Assembly (NCBI GenBank): GCA_036172245.1
Contig: JAYWIR010000037.1
Coordinates: forward strand, 1,116,001 to 1,180,000
DNA: 64,000 nt
From: Raillietiella orientalis
Lineage: Eukaryota
Direction of reading: 5' to 3'
This document shows, piece by piece, positions 39,700-50,045 of the stretch. Numbering within the stretch: position 1 is the first letter of the stretch; every line of letters starts with the position of its first letter. Both the position numbers and the translations under genes were made by a program. The notes under the pieces are model-generated. The model made no database searches. It was not told the DNA's origin and was given only the letters and a program-made list of their open reading frames with translations.

Positions 39700-41050
39700 A
39701 CGGGTGGCTCCTGCAGATCGGATGGCCTCGGGGAAGAGCAGCTGCGGAGGAAGTAAAAGGCAACGAAGAGCCCCGGAGCGCTTTTGACTACGTCGTCATG
39801 GGGCCGCGGCGGCGATCCGCCGACACACGATCTAGGAAGGACTGTCGAACATCCTCCCGAGGATTAGGCGATGAGGCATATGTATAGGGATGAGGCATAG
39901 ATGCGGGGGATCCTCCACCCGGATGCAGCTTGGCCGCGGCTCGCCCAGACAGGATGGGAGGAGGGTGTTCCCGTCTCCGGGCCAGGTCTTTCGCTAGGAA
40001 CGCGCGTCGGAGGTCGCAGGGTTCCGGAGCTGCTGCCTCGAGAATCGAAGATCGCGGAGACCCTTCTATCTCAGAAGGTGGTAGAAGGGAGGATAGGGCG
40101 AGGATCTGTTCCCCGCTGCCGGGAGAAGAAGGCGAACTGGAGTCGACAGGGCGCGTGGGAAAAGCAGTCTGGACAGGCAGGAGACCACCTGGCCATCCGA
40201 GGAGTCCGACCGCGGTCCAGATTCTTGCCCCCTTCGGGAATCGATCATTTCTGGAGGGTTACCTCCGCCCATCCTTGTCGCTCACGAGCGCATCCTCTGC
40301 AACCTGCGCGCGCGCGCAGAGAGCACGGCGCGTGACCTGTGCAGGAATTCGCGGCTGCGCGTCACGTGCACGTGCGCACCTGGGTGGGTGCCTGGCCGGC
40401 GGCGACGGAGGAGAGAAGCGCGCGCGCGCGCGCGGCCTGTGTTCAAAGGAATCCTAGGAAACCTGTCCTTCTGAGGAGGAGGGAGAAACAGGTCGCTGCT
40501 CACCCTGAGGTGGCTGGCTGCGGCTACTAGGGGCACCTGAGTCTGCCAGGGGCGCCGCAGGTGAGAAGTTGGGGGTTGAGGGGGTGGGAAGGGAAGGTCA
40601 CGTTTCAAAACCCGGGGATGCTCTGATTTTTGTTGTTGCTGTCGTCGTCGTCGTTTCCGGCTCATCGAGAGATCTGATGCCTCTGGGAAGCTGCAGGTTC
40701 CCTCGGGGGATGCAGAGTGGAAGGGAGAGACTTCCAGGTCGGACGCAGCAGCAGCAGCAGCAGCAAGGAGTACAGCATAGGAGCCCGCCCACTAGGGATC
40801 CGCCCGTCATCCGCACCACCGTGATCTTGCTGGGCTGCAAGGGGTGGCCGCCGCGCTCTATTCGTCCCCGTTCGCCTCTTCAAAGAAGGCAGGAGACCCA
40901 CGAACGCAACCTCCACGGCTATCCCGATCTCCTGACCAGGGGGCTGGAGTCTGGTGGGGTGGGAACTGACATGGCGAACATACTTTCCAGGTTCGACTTC
41001 TCGCTGGAGCTCTTCGACGATCTCTTGCGCTCGGCAGCAGGCAGCCAGAA
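39700..41050 (+). mobile_element. Eroded, GC-rich RTE-like RT and thumb
   Basis: QIGWPRGR (Q.GFR.GR); SAFDYV at 39777-39794; AWPRLAQTG; IRGVRPR; PLGSC (YLGS); VILLGCKGW (LLYGCETW); QETHERNLHG. Confidence 0.6.
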
Positions 41051-41152
41051 GTTGAGATTGGATGGGGGGGGGGAGGATGAAGCACCAGCAAAGGTCTCCT
41101 CTTCCGCTCGGTCACGCGACCCGTTTAGAAGGAGCGAAGGAGAAGACGAGCA

Positions 41153-41183
41153 TTTCCTGGAGAGCGGTGCGCTCTCCAGGAAA
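41153..41183. repeat. Perfect 14-bp inverted repeat, 3-nt loop
   Basis: TTTCCTGGAGAGCG-GTG-CGCTCTCCAGGAAA. Confidence 0.95.
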
Positions 41184-42489
41184 CGTCACGGGGGCGTTCA
41201 CATCCCCCCCGGGCACTCGATCTCTCCCGCCATTTTCCCTCGCCTCAGCCACGAGGAACCACCCAGAGTCCTCCGATCGCCGCCCGGAGACCCACAGGGG
41301 AGGAAGAGGAAGGAATCGCGGCTTCCGGGGGGGCTTTCGCAAAAAGCCCCTCGGGAATTTTCCTTGCGGGTAGGAGCCCGGAGGGCTGCGGCCCCGTCTC
41401 CAGGCATTCTCTCCAGAGGATGGCGGTGTCTCTCTGCCGTCGCTCGGCTGGCTCGTTCCCCCGCGCGCCTAGCAACGGGGGGTGCGGCTGGAGGAACGCG
41501 CGAGCGCCTCCCCGCTCTCCAGATGCCCTCATCCACCGCGCGCGACCGACACTGGTCGTGCGAGCGCCGCTGCGGGCTGTCTCTGCGGGGGAGGCCCCTT
41601 ACGCCGAGCAGACAGTCCCCACGACGGTGCTTCTGCGGGCCACCTCTGTGCGCCGCCGAAACCGCGTCTCAGTGAATCGTCCGCGCCGCACCCGAGGACC
41701 AGGATGATCGGAACGAGGTGACCCCTTCATCCCTCCCGTCAGCATTTATTTTTATTTATTTATTACCCGCCATGTTTTGTGCTTCAGATCTTCCTCCAGA
41801 TCCACCAATGCTGCATCCGTCCATTGTCCTGTGTTCCATTCTATAAATGGTACCTTCCCCTCAGCCTACTTATATAGGTGCCCTGGAGTGACCATCCCGT
41901 CCGGATCCACGCCCGGTCATCTGAACTCTGATGGAAACCTTCACTTGTAGGGAAGGATCCATAGGAGCACGTCTAGGGACGGAACTAGGGTGTGGGAGGA
42001 GGAAGGACCAACAGATAGAGGAATAAGCAGGGATCGAGATGGACCGCTCCGAGGGCTGTCAATAAGATCCTCGAGGATCTGCGTCCTCTGGCAGGGAAAG
42101 GGAAGAGGGTCACGCCCGTCTGCCCCTGCACCTCGCGGCATCCATGTAAGGTGGTCACGCCCTGCCCCCGCCTGCAGGCGGTGGAGCTTGCGAACGGCCC
42201 CCCGGATGGATGGCGGCCACTCGCTTCCTCCATCTGGGCGGTCGCTGCCATCGCTCCCTCGTGGATCGCCAGCGAAGAGACGGCGGCAACCGATAGGCCT
42301 GGAGGAGTGGCCAGCCTTTTCATGAAGGTGGGTCCCTGAGAGCATCCGAAACCCGCGGGCAACCGGAGTGCGCGATGCGTTTTCATACCCACGCTGCAGC
42401 AGAAGAGGCGCTCCTCGGGGGCCTTCCCGGCCGGCCCCCTGCGCGCCGGAAAGATGACCGCCTGAAGAGCGGGGACGGAGAAGCCGGCT

Positions 42490-42528
42490 GGAATTTCCTG
42501 GGAGCGCGGAGCTCTCCCCGGAAATTCC
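42490..42528. repeat. Inverted repeat, 9+5+2 bp with two mismatches
   Basis: GGAATTTCC-T-GGGAG-C-GC-GGA-GC-T-CTCCC-C-GGAAATTCC. Confidence 0.85.
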
Positions 42529-42639
42529 GAGCGGAGAGACCTGTCTTTGAGGGTCCTGAGCAAGGCTTTGCTTGCCGGCAGAGGCGCCCCTCCGTTGAGA
42601 GATGGGTTTGGTGACCTCGGCGATATGAGGCAGGTCACC

Positions 42640-43410
42640 TCCCATGCCGCAGCGGAACCCGCTTCTCCCTCATCCCGCCGACGCGTCCCTCGTGCTGAGC
42701 TCTGGAGAGTGGACCGGCACCACGGAGGATCTCCACAAGCTGTTTACTGATAGTGCTGCTGCCGTGGGGAAGGAATGGGGCGCCTCCGGCATAGTCCCAC
42801 TGTGGAGAGAACCGCCTCTTTCTCAGGTCTTGGGAAAGATGGGTCACGTTCCCGCCTCCCTCTCCCCTCCCCTTCTCTCCCAAGTCCCGCCCCGCCCATC
42901 CACCCTCACAGCCCAAGGAGCGTTCCGGGACTCGTCGAGAGCAGTGCTCCGCATCCCTCCGTTCTGCCTTCTCCTTAGGGATCTCTCGCTGCCCCTACAG
43001 GTTGCACGCCCCTTGCCAGGGAGCTGAGAGGCAGACCAGACCTACAAGATCGATTCTGGAGTCCCTCTTGCCCTCGTTCACGTCCTCCCTTTTTCGAAGG
43101 AAAGAGGGGTGGATGGGGTTCGGTGTCTCAGCAGGGGGGTGGGGATGATCGTTCGACTTTCCCGGGTCGACCACTGACCCACCAACAGGTCGAGCGGAGT
43201 GTCCAGGATGCCCTGCCCGGCAGGAACGAGTCAGCGGTGGGGTGCCACCCTTCCGGGTACTCTGCCACCTCCCCACCCTCACTCGAGTAGCGCGAGCGAG
43301 GAGGAGGCGGTTCCCTAGCAACGGAGCCTCAGGAGCGCTTCCCTCCTTTCCTGAAAAGAGCGGCTCCCCCGACGGACCCCAGCGTCTTCCTGACGGGCTG
43401 GCCCAAGACG
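42640..43410 (+). mobile_element. Eroded, GC-rich LINE (RTE-like) RT
   Basis: LHKLFTDS...KEWGASGIVPLWR (L..LF....EW..S.IVPL.K); AQGAFR; VSGGVPPFRVL (GVPQG.VL); SPDGPQRLPDGL (S..GLQRLLD.L). Confidence 0.65.
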
Positions 43411-44006
43411 GCGTCCACGGACGAACGAGGTGGCGCGAAGATTTCCTCGGCGACGTATCCCCTCCCCTTCCTCCTCCCATCCCCCAGCGGCACGGCCTCC
43501 TCCTCCTGGACGCCGCGCTCGCGCGCCTCTGCGGGAGCTCCGGCGGAAGGAGGAGGAGCCGGGACGGGAGGGTGGATCATCGCTGCTGCAGCCGCTCGTC
43601 CTCCGCTGAGGCAGCCGGACCGCCGCCGTCGGCCAGGCAACCGCGCCGCGGTTCCCTCTTTCCTCAGGCGTTCCCGATGCTCGCGGCCCGTTGCGGGACG
43701 CAGGTCGCGCGCGCCAGGCTTTGGGGGAAATACGAAATCCCCCGCAGGGGTCGGACCCTACCTACTCCCGCTCCGCGCTGGAGGGAGAGAGAAGGGCTGC
43801 GGAGAAACATCGGGAGGTCCGAAAGCGGGTGCCCCGCCTGCAGCCGAGACCCCGAACGCCCTCCGATTCGTCACAACAGAGCGCTCCGGATGGAAGCTGC
43901 GAGAACGAAGCTGCTTGACTGGCAACGGAATTCGTCCTTTCTTTCCGTCGCTGACGTCGCATTTTCACCTCGCACTCTGCACTCTCCCGGCGATCTAAAA
44001 AAAAAT

Positions 44007-44033
44007 CGCACGCGCGCGCGCGCGCGCGCGCGC
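44007..44033. repeat. (CG)11 alternating purine-pyrimidine tract
   Basis: CGCA followed by (CG)11C, read directly. Confidence 0.95.
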
Positions 44034-44637
44034 AAAGGCGAGCAAAAATAAATAAATGAATAAATAAAAAAAATAAAGATAAGATAAAAAGAGATGGAAA
44101 TGCGTGTCCTCCTTTCCGGCGAGGGAGAATTTCGGGGGAAAAAGGGAGACCAGCAGTTTCTTCGCGAGGGTACGATCTCGAGATGAGACGCTCCGAGAGT
44201 GCATCTCGTCGGCAGCGCTCCCGGGCGCTACAGCAGATTGTCCCTCGGAAAGATGAGGAGGGGGGGGGGGGGTGAACACGGACGATTCCGTTATACAGAA
44301 GCTGTACCAAACGCGCTGCTTGGGAGGCTGACCACCGTATCGGATTTCCGGAGCAGGACTGCAGCAGTCAGCGTAGAGGTGCAGATTTCGGTCTCGGAGA
44401 ACTCGAGGGAGAGAGAGAAAAAATGGGAAAGAGAAGGGAATGTGGGGGGGGGGGGGAGGGGAGGGGAAGAGGGGGGACTTCCCCGAAGCCTGGGTTTTCC
44501 CTTTTGAGCGCGGCGCGACAAGGAAGCGGCGGACGTCACTGGAAGAGATGCAACGGCCAGCTCTTCCTCGGGGTGCAGCAAGCGTTCTGTATTCCTCCTC
44601 TGGGAGAATTCTCTCGGGTCTCGCGAGTGCGTGGAGG

Positions 44638-44638
<1 letters not shown>

Positions 44639-44675
<37 letters not shown>
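44639..44675. repeat. (GA)n microsatellite
   Basis: Uninterrupted AG run at 44641-44675. Confidence 0.95.
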
Positions 44676-44678
<3 letters not shown>

Positions 44679-46087
44679 TCCTGGATGAGTTCAGTGCACA
44701 ACACTTGTGGCCATTTTTCTCTCTCTCGCGCGCGCGGTTCGTCTCGTGCGGGCCACTCGTTCTCCAGAGAGGCGATAAGAACGCCCCTGACCAACTTTCC
44801 TCCTGTCTTTTGTTTCTGCCCGTTTTCATCGATTTATTTATTTATTTTCCAGTAGCACGCGTCTCCCTTCGAAGTCGGTGGGGGTAGGCAATCCTTCCCA
44901 TCCGCTTTCTGGTTCCTCCCCCGACGTGTCCAGGGAAACGGAGGTCCAGGCGGGGAGGGGCGCACGCTCGTGGCAGAGAAGCAGCCCACCCCGCGCCGAA
45001 ATTTCTGTTCCGAATTTTCCCGAAATCCCCAGCGTTCGGACCTCTCCTTGGGCGTGCTGCGTCGGAAATCTCACCCCCCTCCTCCCGCGCGCGCGCACGC
45101 ACACGCGCGCGCGCGCGAGCGCATACGGAAAAACTTCCACGCCGTGAACGACGGGGGCTTGGGGGAAAGCGCGTCTATTTTTAGAGGAGGAGGAGGAGGG
45201 AGAGAGGGAGGGAGAGAGGGAGGAAGGGAGAGGGGGGGGGGCTTTATATTTTTATTCTCTCGCGGATGGCGAGAGACTGTCCAGCGCGCGCCGCGCGGCT
45301 TCGCCGTGAAATCCGCGAAGAGCGAGTCCCATTAAAACATCTGCATCTAACCTCGGCTCGCAAGAATTTTTCCTCGCGGCGAAACTCGCGAGTGTACGGC
45401 GGACGCTCGCGCACGCAGCGTCCAGGTCGCTCCTTCCGACTGACAATGTTTAATCAGGCGGAAAAACGAATCATTTGGGAAACGGCGAGACGCGTCGCGG
45501 AGGAGAGAAAGCGTCTTCGCACCTGCATCTAATGGATAGTAGCCCTAGGATAAATCGGTTCAGACCCCAAAGCAGGAAGGGCGGCGGGGAATTGAGTTTC
45601 GTAGGATCCCGCGCGATTCACGCGCGCGTGTGTTGCACCTGCGCACCTCGCCGAGACCAGCTTTGGGCTTTGTGAAACAAACACTCGTGTGGTTGACAGT
45701 CCAGCCTATTTCTGCGTAGCTCGCGAAGTTTTTGTCCTTCCCACCTATCGGAGCTCGCGTGGAAACTGCATGTACCGATCTCGTAATTTATTGCGGCTTC
45801 AAGTTTTGGACGAAGCAGACAGCTGGTCTACACGGACAACATTTAGCATCCAACGTACGCTCGGCTGAGAGATGGTGCGCTCGCTTCTGTTAATAAACGC
45901 CCCGATGAGGACATCTGAAAGTGTTTCTGGCCGCGAGTTCAGGCTGAATTAAAACCTTACATCAGATAGATCGAAATCGTGGTGATCCCATTTCCGAGAA
46001 ATAGTTGCCCAGTTTGAATCCTCAACCCATGGAATGTGTCCTCACAGAGACGAATTTTTCAAGGTCAGAACACATTTTTTTTCTTCT

Positions 46088-46175
46088 CCTTCCTTCCTTC
46101 CTTCCTTCCTTCCTTCCTTCCTATCCTTGCAGTTGTTTTTTAATTAGCTGACAGCATTTGATGTTTTTTTTTTTT

Positions 46176-46211
<36 letters not shown>

Positions 46212-46219
46212 CGTGTGTG

Positions 46220-46251
<32 letters not shown>

Positions 46252-46310
46252 TGTGTGTGTGTGTGTGTGCGTGCGTGTGCGTGCGTGAGTGCGTGCGTGC
46301 GTGCGTGTGT
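46088..46310. repeat. Compound microsatellite: (CCTT)n, T run, (TG)n/(TGCG)n
   Basis: (CCTT)n about 46088-46122, T run 46164-46180, TG/TGCG 46181-46310, ending about 55 nt before the putative acceptor. Confidence 0.95.
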
Positions 46311-46339
46311 TTTTCTGAAGAAAAGCCTATCCTCATAAA

Positions 46340-46379
46340 CTGATCTGGATAACTTCTTTCCCCAGGAAGAGGTGGCACC
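46340..46379 (+). promoter_or_regulatory. Probable 3' splice site of a 5'-UTR intron (exon starts 46366, 14 nt before ATG)
   Basis: CTGAT branch-like motif, pyrimidine tract CTTCTTTCCCCAG|G; BMP2/4 and dpp genes typically have non-coding first exons. Confidence 0.7.
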
Positions 46380-46728
46380 ATGCTAGCATCTTTCTTGGTG
46401 AAGGTTATCCTGATAGTTACAACATATAGCTACGTCCGTGTGGTTTTATCACACGAATCGAAAACCATAAATCATACAGAAGGATCAGAAGGAGTAGATC
46501 AGGAAAAAAGTGCCGGATCGAAAGATTTGCTCAAGAAAGTAGAGTTGTCTTTGCTGCGTGCATTTGGAATGACCTCAAAGCCTCAACCCCGTAAAAACGT
46601 TGACATTCCCAGTTTCATGATTGAGTTATTCAAGGAACAGGAGAACGTCCAAGAGTTTTATGACGTTCACAGCATCAATAAGGTTGGCGCAAAAACTGCG
46701 AACATCGTTCGAAGCTACACTCACAGAG
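46380..46728 (+). CDS. dpp: BMP2/4 (Dpp) precursor, coding exon 1: signal peptide and N-terminal prodomain
   Basis: ATG in GCACCATG context; hydrophobic leader MLASFLVKVILIVTT; LLKKVELSLLRAFGMTSKPQPRKNVDIPSFMIELF and TANIVRSYTH match BMP2/4 prodomain motifs (LL.MFGL..RP.P....VP.YM..LY; ANTVRSF.H); ends CACAGAG|GT, phase 1 (349 nt). Confidence 0.95.
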
Positions 46729-47347
46729 GTAGTCTGTTCCTCCTTGTTCCCAGTTTGCAGGAGTTGTTGTTTGTCGGTGGCTTGCGGTGGCCAAGAGTAA
46801 ATCCTTCGCACCAAGACCGGTAGCCACTTGATATCTCCCCTCCCCCCAGCCCTACTCCTCGCGATAATTCCCATCCATCCCCTCCGACCGTCAAAATGCA
46901 TCCCAGCTGTGCCTTTTGCTTCCTTCCTGTGCAGCCTCTCCCGGCAGTTCTTTCCGAGAAAGGGAACTGCGTTTCGTTTTTTTTTTTTTTTTTTTTTTTT
47001 TTGTGTGGTGCTCCAGGTAAATTGCCCCTCCGTCCCCCACGGAGACAGCCACTCTCTTCGAAAGATCCGTGTGGCTCGGGGTGGCTGGGCTGCCCTCCTC
47101 GAAGACGTAACCCGCGCGTGCATGCGTGCGCGGTGCTCCCGCGTGTTTTTGACCACCTTGACACGAGTCGCGCCGTTCGAGGAATTGCAATAACGTGGGC
47201 TCTCGCTATTGTCTCGATTTCCGGCAACATCGTTTATTGTGGGCTTTTCATTGTGAACATCCCTCGATGATTGTGATTTATTGTCTGTGTACACGGATTG
47301 CATTTCTTAATTACCAGAGGCTGAAGTATGCTGTTTTGTTCGATCAG
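46729..47347 (+). other. GT-AG intron of BMP2/4 gene (619 nt)
   Basis: GT at 46729, AG at 47346-47347; lies just after the ANxVRSxxH motif, the conserved BMP2/4 intron position; splicing restores the frame. Confidence 0.92.
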
Positions 47348-48165
47348 AGACGGCGCTGGACAGCTCGTACCCAGAAGGAAGGTTTCGATTCAGGTTCGAC
47401 ATCAGCGTGCCGAAGGACGAAGCCATCACTGCTGCTCTTCTCCGGCTCCATGTCAATTCCACCCCTCACCAAACTCCCGCCAAACAGTCCCACAAGCAAA
47501 CTGTCAAAGTGTTCGACGTCTTGAAGCCGTCCACCAGGAGCGATCCGGACGCTATCATGAGGCTGGTGGACGTCCGAGTGGTGAAAGCAAAGGACAGTGG
47601 ATGGATAGAGATGGACGTTCTGCCCGCCGTCGCGCGGTGGATCGAACAGCCTCGGAAAAACTATGGACTGTACGTGAAAGTGACGTCATCGAACAAGAAC
47701 AAGCACCGAGTGCGTTTAAGGCGGTCCACCTCCAGTCCCGCTGAAAGAAGTTTCGATCCCCTGCTAGTAACTTTCACGGAGGAGAAGAAGGTCTCCACCA
47801 GAACTAAGCGCGCCCCGAGACGCAGACACAGGCAAAAAAAGCACCGTCGCGAGGCGTGCAGAAGACACGAATTCTACGTCGACTTCCAAGAAGTGGGTTG
47901 GAACGACTGGATCATAACTCCCCCGGGATTCAATGCCTACTACTGTGAGGGGGAGTGCAATTTCCCGCTCGCGGACCACCTGAACACCACCAACCACGCA
48001 ATAGTGCAAACAATAGTGAACAACATTAACCCCAACCTGGTCCCTCGCGCTTGCTGCATACCGACGCAACTCGCCCCAATATCCATGCTCTACGTGGACG
48101 AATACGACAGAGCGGTGCTAAAGAACTATCAGGAAATGGTTGTCGAAGGTTGCGGATGCCGGTGA
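47348..48165 (+). CDS. dpp: BMP2/4 (Dpp) precursor, coding exon 2: rest of prodomain and mature TGF-beta domain
   Basis: Acceptor TGTTTTGTTCGATCAG|AG joins in frame (G+AG = Glu; ...[23 protein letters not shown]). Contains [21 protein letters not shown] and RTKR furin sites, PLLVTF, and [44 protein letters not shown]...RACC.PT.L.PISMLY...[16 protein letters not shown] with 7 Cys. Total CDS 1167 nt. Confidence 0.97.
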
Positions 48166-48712
48166 AAGTGATCGCTGTGTTTGTCGATGAAGCTCCAGAT
48201 TCTTCCTCATGGCAGCATTCCGAAAAATGCTGGAAATGACCATGACTTGCCTACTAACCAGAAGTAGGTCTAACCTGGAAGCGAATCGATCCGAAGGCAC
48301 TGCAAGTTGACGTTGCGAGTCAGGAAGTGCGCGGACGTCACCGTCCTGAATTCCCTGGAGTTCTCCACCGATGCTGAGAAAGTGGTTTGCGTGTGCAATT
48401 TACTGGAAAGAAACAAAAACGAATTTTCGTTAATCTCTTCCGACTGAGCATCTCACGGTTGGAAACCCCGCAACTCCCGCAGCCTTCCTTCCCCAGTGCA
48501 AGATGAGTGTCTTCAAGCCTTGATGACCATTTTTCGATTCCGACTGTTTAAGAATTGAGAGCTGCTTATCGTGGAAGTGATTTTCACCTTTTGCCTCTCC
48601 TTTCCTTCTCTCCCCCTCGCTCTGTCTTCTCACAAACACCCATTTCGAACAACAGTTGCAAAGCTGCAGTGGCAGTTGCAGCGGAAAGAGCTTAACTGTG
48701 ATATTTATTTCC

Positions 48713-48718
48713 AATAAA
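48713..48718 (+). terminator. Probable polyadenylation signal of BMP2/4 gene
   Basis: AATAAA about 550 nt after the stop codon, preceded by AU-rich ATATTTATTT. Confidence 0.6.
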
Positions 48719-48846
48719 CGAAGCCTATGGTTCCGTCGACATTGCTTATTCAGGCACAAGGAAGTGCTGCCGCCGGACTCGGCTTTGGTGCTCAGCAGCT
48801 GCTCTCATCTCCTCTTCGGCGCATCGTTCTCCGATCTTTAGTAGAG

Positions 48847-48849
<3 letters not shown>

Positions 48850-48894
<45 letters not shown>
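48850..48894 (+). repeat. Genomic A45 homopolymer
   Basis: Read directly; about 130 nt downstream of AATAAA. Confidence 0.9.
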
Positions 48895-48895
<1 letters not shown>

Positions 48896-50006
48896 AGATG
48901 AGCTGCTGCTGCGACTGTGGACTTTTTCCGCGTTTGATTCGGAGTCCTGATGACAGTAAAAATTCGGACTCTCTGCGTGATGGAAGATCTGGTCAAGGTG
49001 AACGCAGCAAATACGGGAGTTATTTTTGTCATGTGTGGGGTGCTGCGGAAAAGCAACCCTCCTTAAAGCTCCAGCGTAAAGGGGTAAGAGGGGTTCTCTC
49101 AACACAGCTCTAAAGTACTGCAGGCAGTTAGGTCATCCGAATGCCATTTCTTTTTCTTTTTTTTTTCTAAAGAAAAAGCAAAACAAAACAAAGAAAGTGA
49201 GAGTTCCTAGGAACTTGCAAGAGCCACGAGTGATGACTGCACGTGGACTTTGTGTGTGTGCGTGCGTGCGTGTTTTTGCCTTGTTAGAGTGCCATGGCTC
49301 AGTCCGCACACGTGGTCTGCCATCTTGGAAAACAAACTGTGGCTTTAATCGGAGAGCCAGTTGAGTAGCTCCAAGCTCATTTATCAAAAATGGAAAGACA
49401 ATCACTCCGTTTCGTTGCCGTGTGCAATCCAGGGCATCCCGTTGGCCTCCGTTCGAAGTTTCCAATAGAAAGTTTGGCGCCAGTCGCTCTCTTAATGTGA
49501 TCAGTTGTGATGATGGACCGCATCATTAACTTTCTAAGAGGAAGTTCACTTTCAGCTGATACATCCCTCCTCGCTTTTTTCCTCTGGAGCTGGTGGTGAG
49601 ATAACGAGGCTAGACTAGAAATAAAAACCGACGAAATGGAAAGAAACGATCTGTCTAATGTTTGTTTTCAGCCGGTCAGTAAACGTCGAAGAAAGGACTT
49701 TTTATGTGTGTCAGCAAATTAGCCGTTGGATAAAATGGGCCTGCTTTCAAATCCCCTTGAAACTCCAGGATTCCATGCTTTTCGATGTGCATGAACTTCA
49801 TGTCACCAAACGCTTGACTCAGTTCGATCTGCAGAATCGAAAACAAGGAAAAAACAACAGCAAAAAATTCAGGCTCTAAGATTCACCAGAGACTTCTCAT
49901 TATCGACTTTGAGAAACATGGTTCCTCTGGAATGTCTTTCCCCGAATCTGCGAGACATTCCTTGACCTCATTTGCCTGCCACCAAGACTATCTTTTTTTC
50001 GAATGA

Positions 50007-50045
<39 letters not shown>

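Larger units (their letters stand above)
34300..45700. promoter_or_regulatory. Large GC/CpG-rich domain upstream of BMP2/4; promoter and non-coding exon likely in about 43.9-45.7 kb
   Basis: Visibly GC-rich with many CGCG runs compared with the flanks; TGACGTC (CRE-like) near 43952, (CG)n and (GA)n tracts. TSS not located. Confidence 0.5.

Noticed and set aside
40569..41675. 368-aa ORF with polyQ
   Set aside because: Better explained as an RTE-like fossil with a (CAG)6 microsatellite than as a gene.
46729..46823. Read-through C-terminus of ORF 46380..46823
   Set aside because: Intronic; homology to BMP2/4 resumes at 47348.
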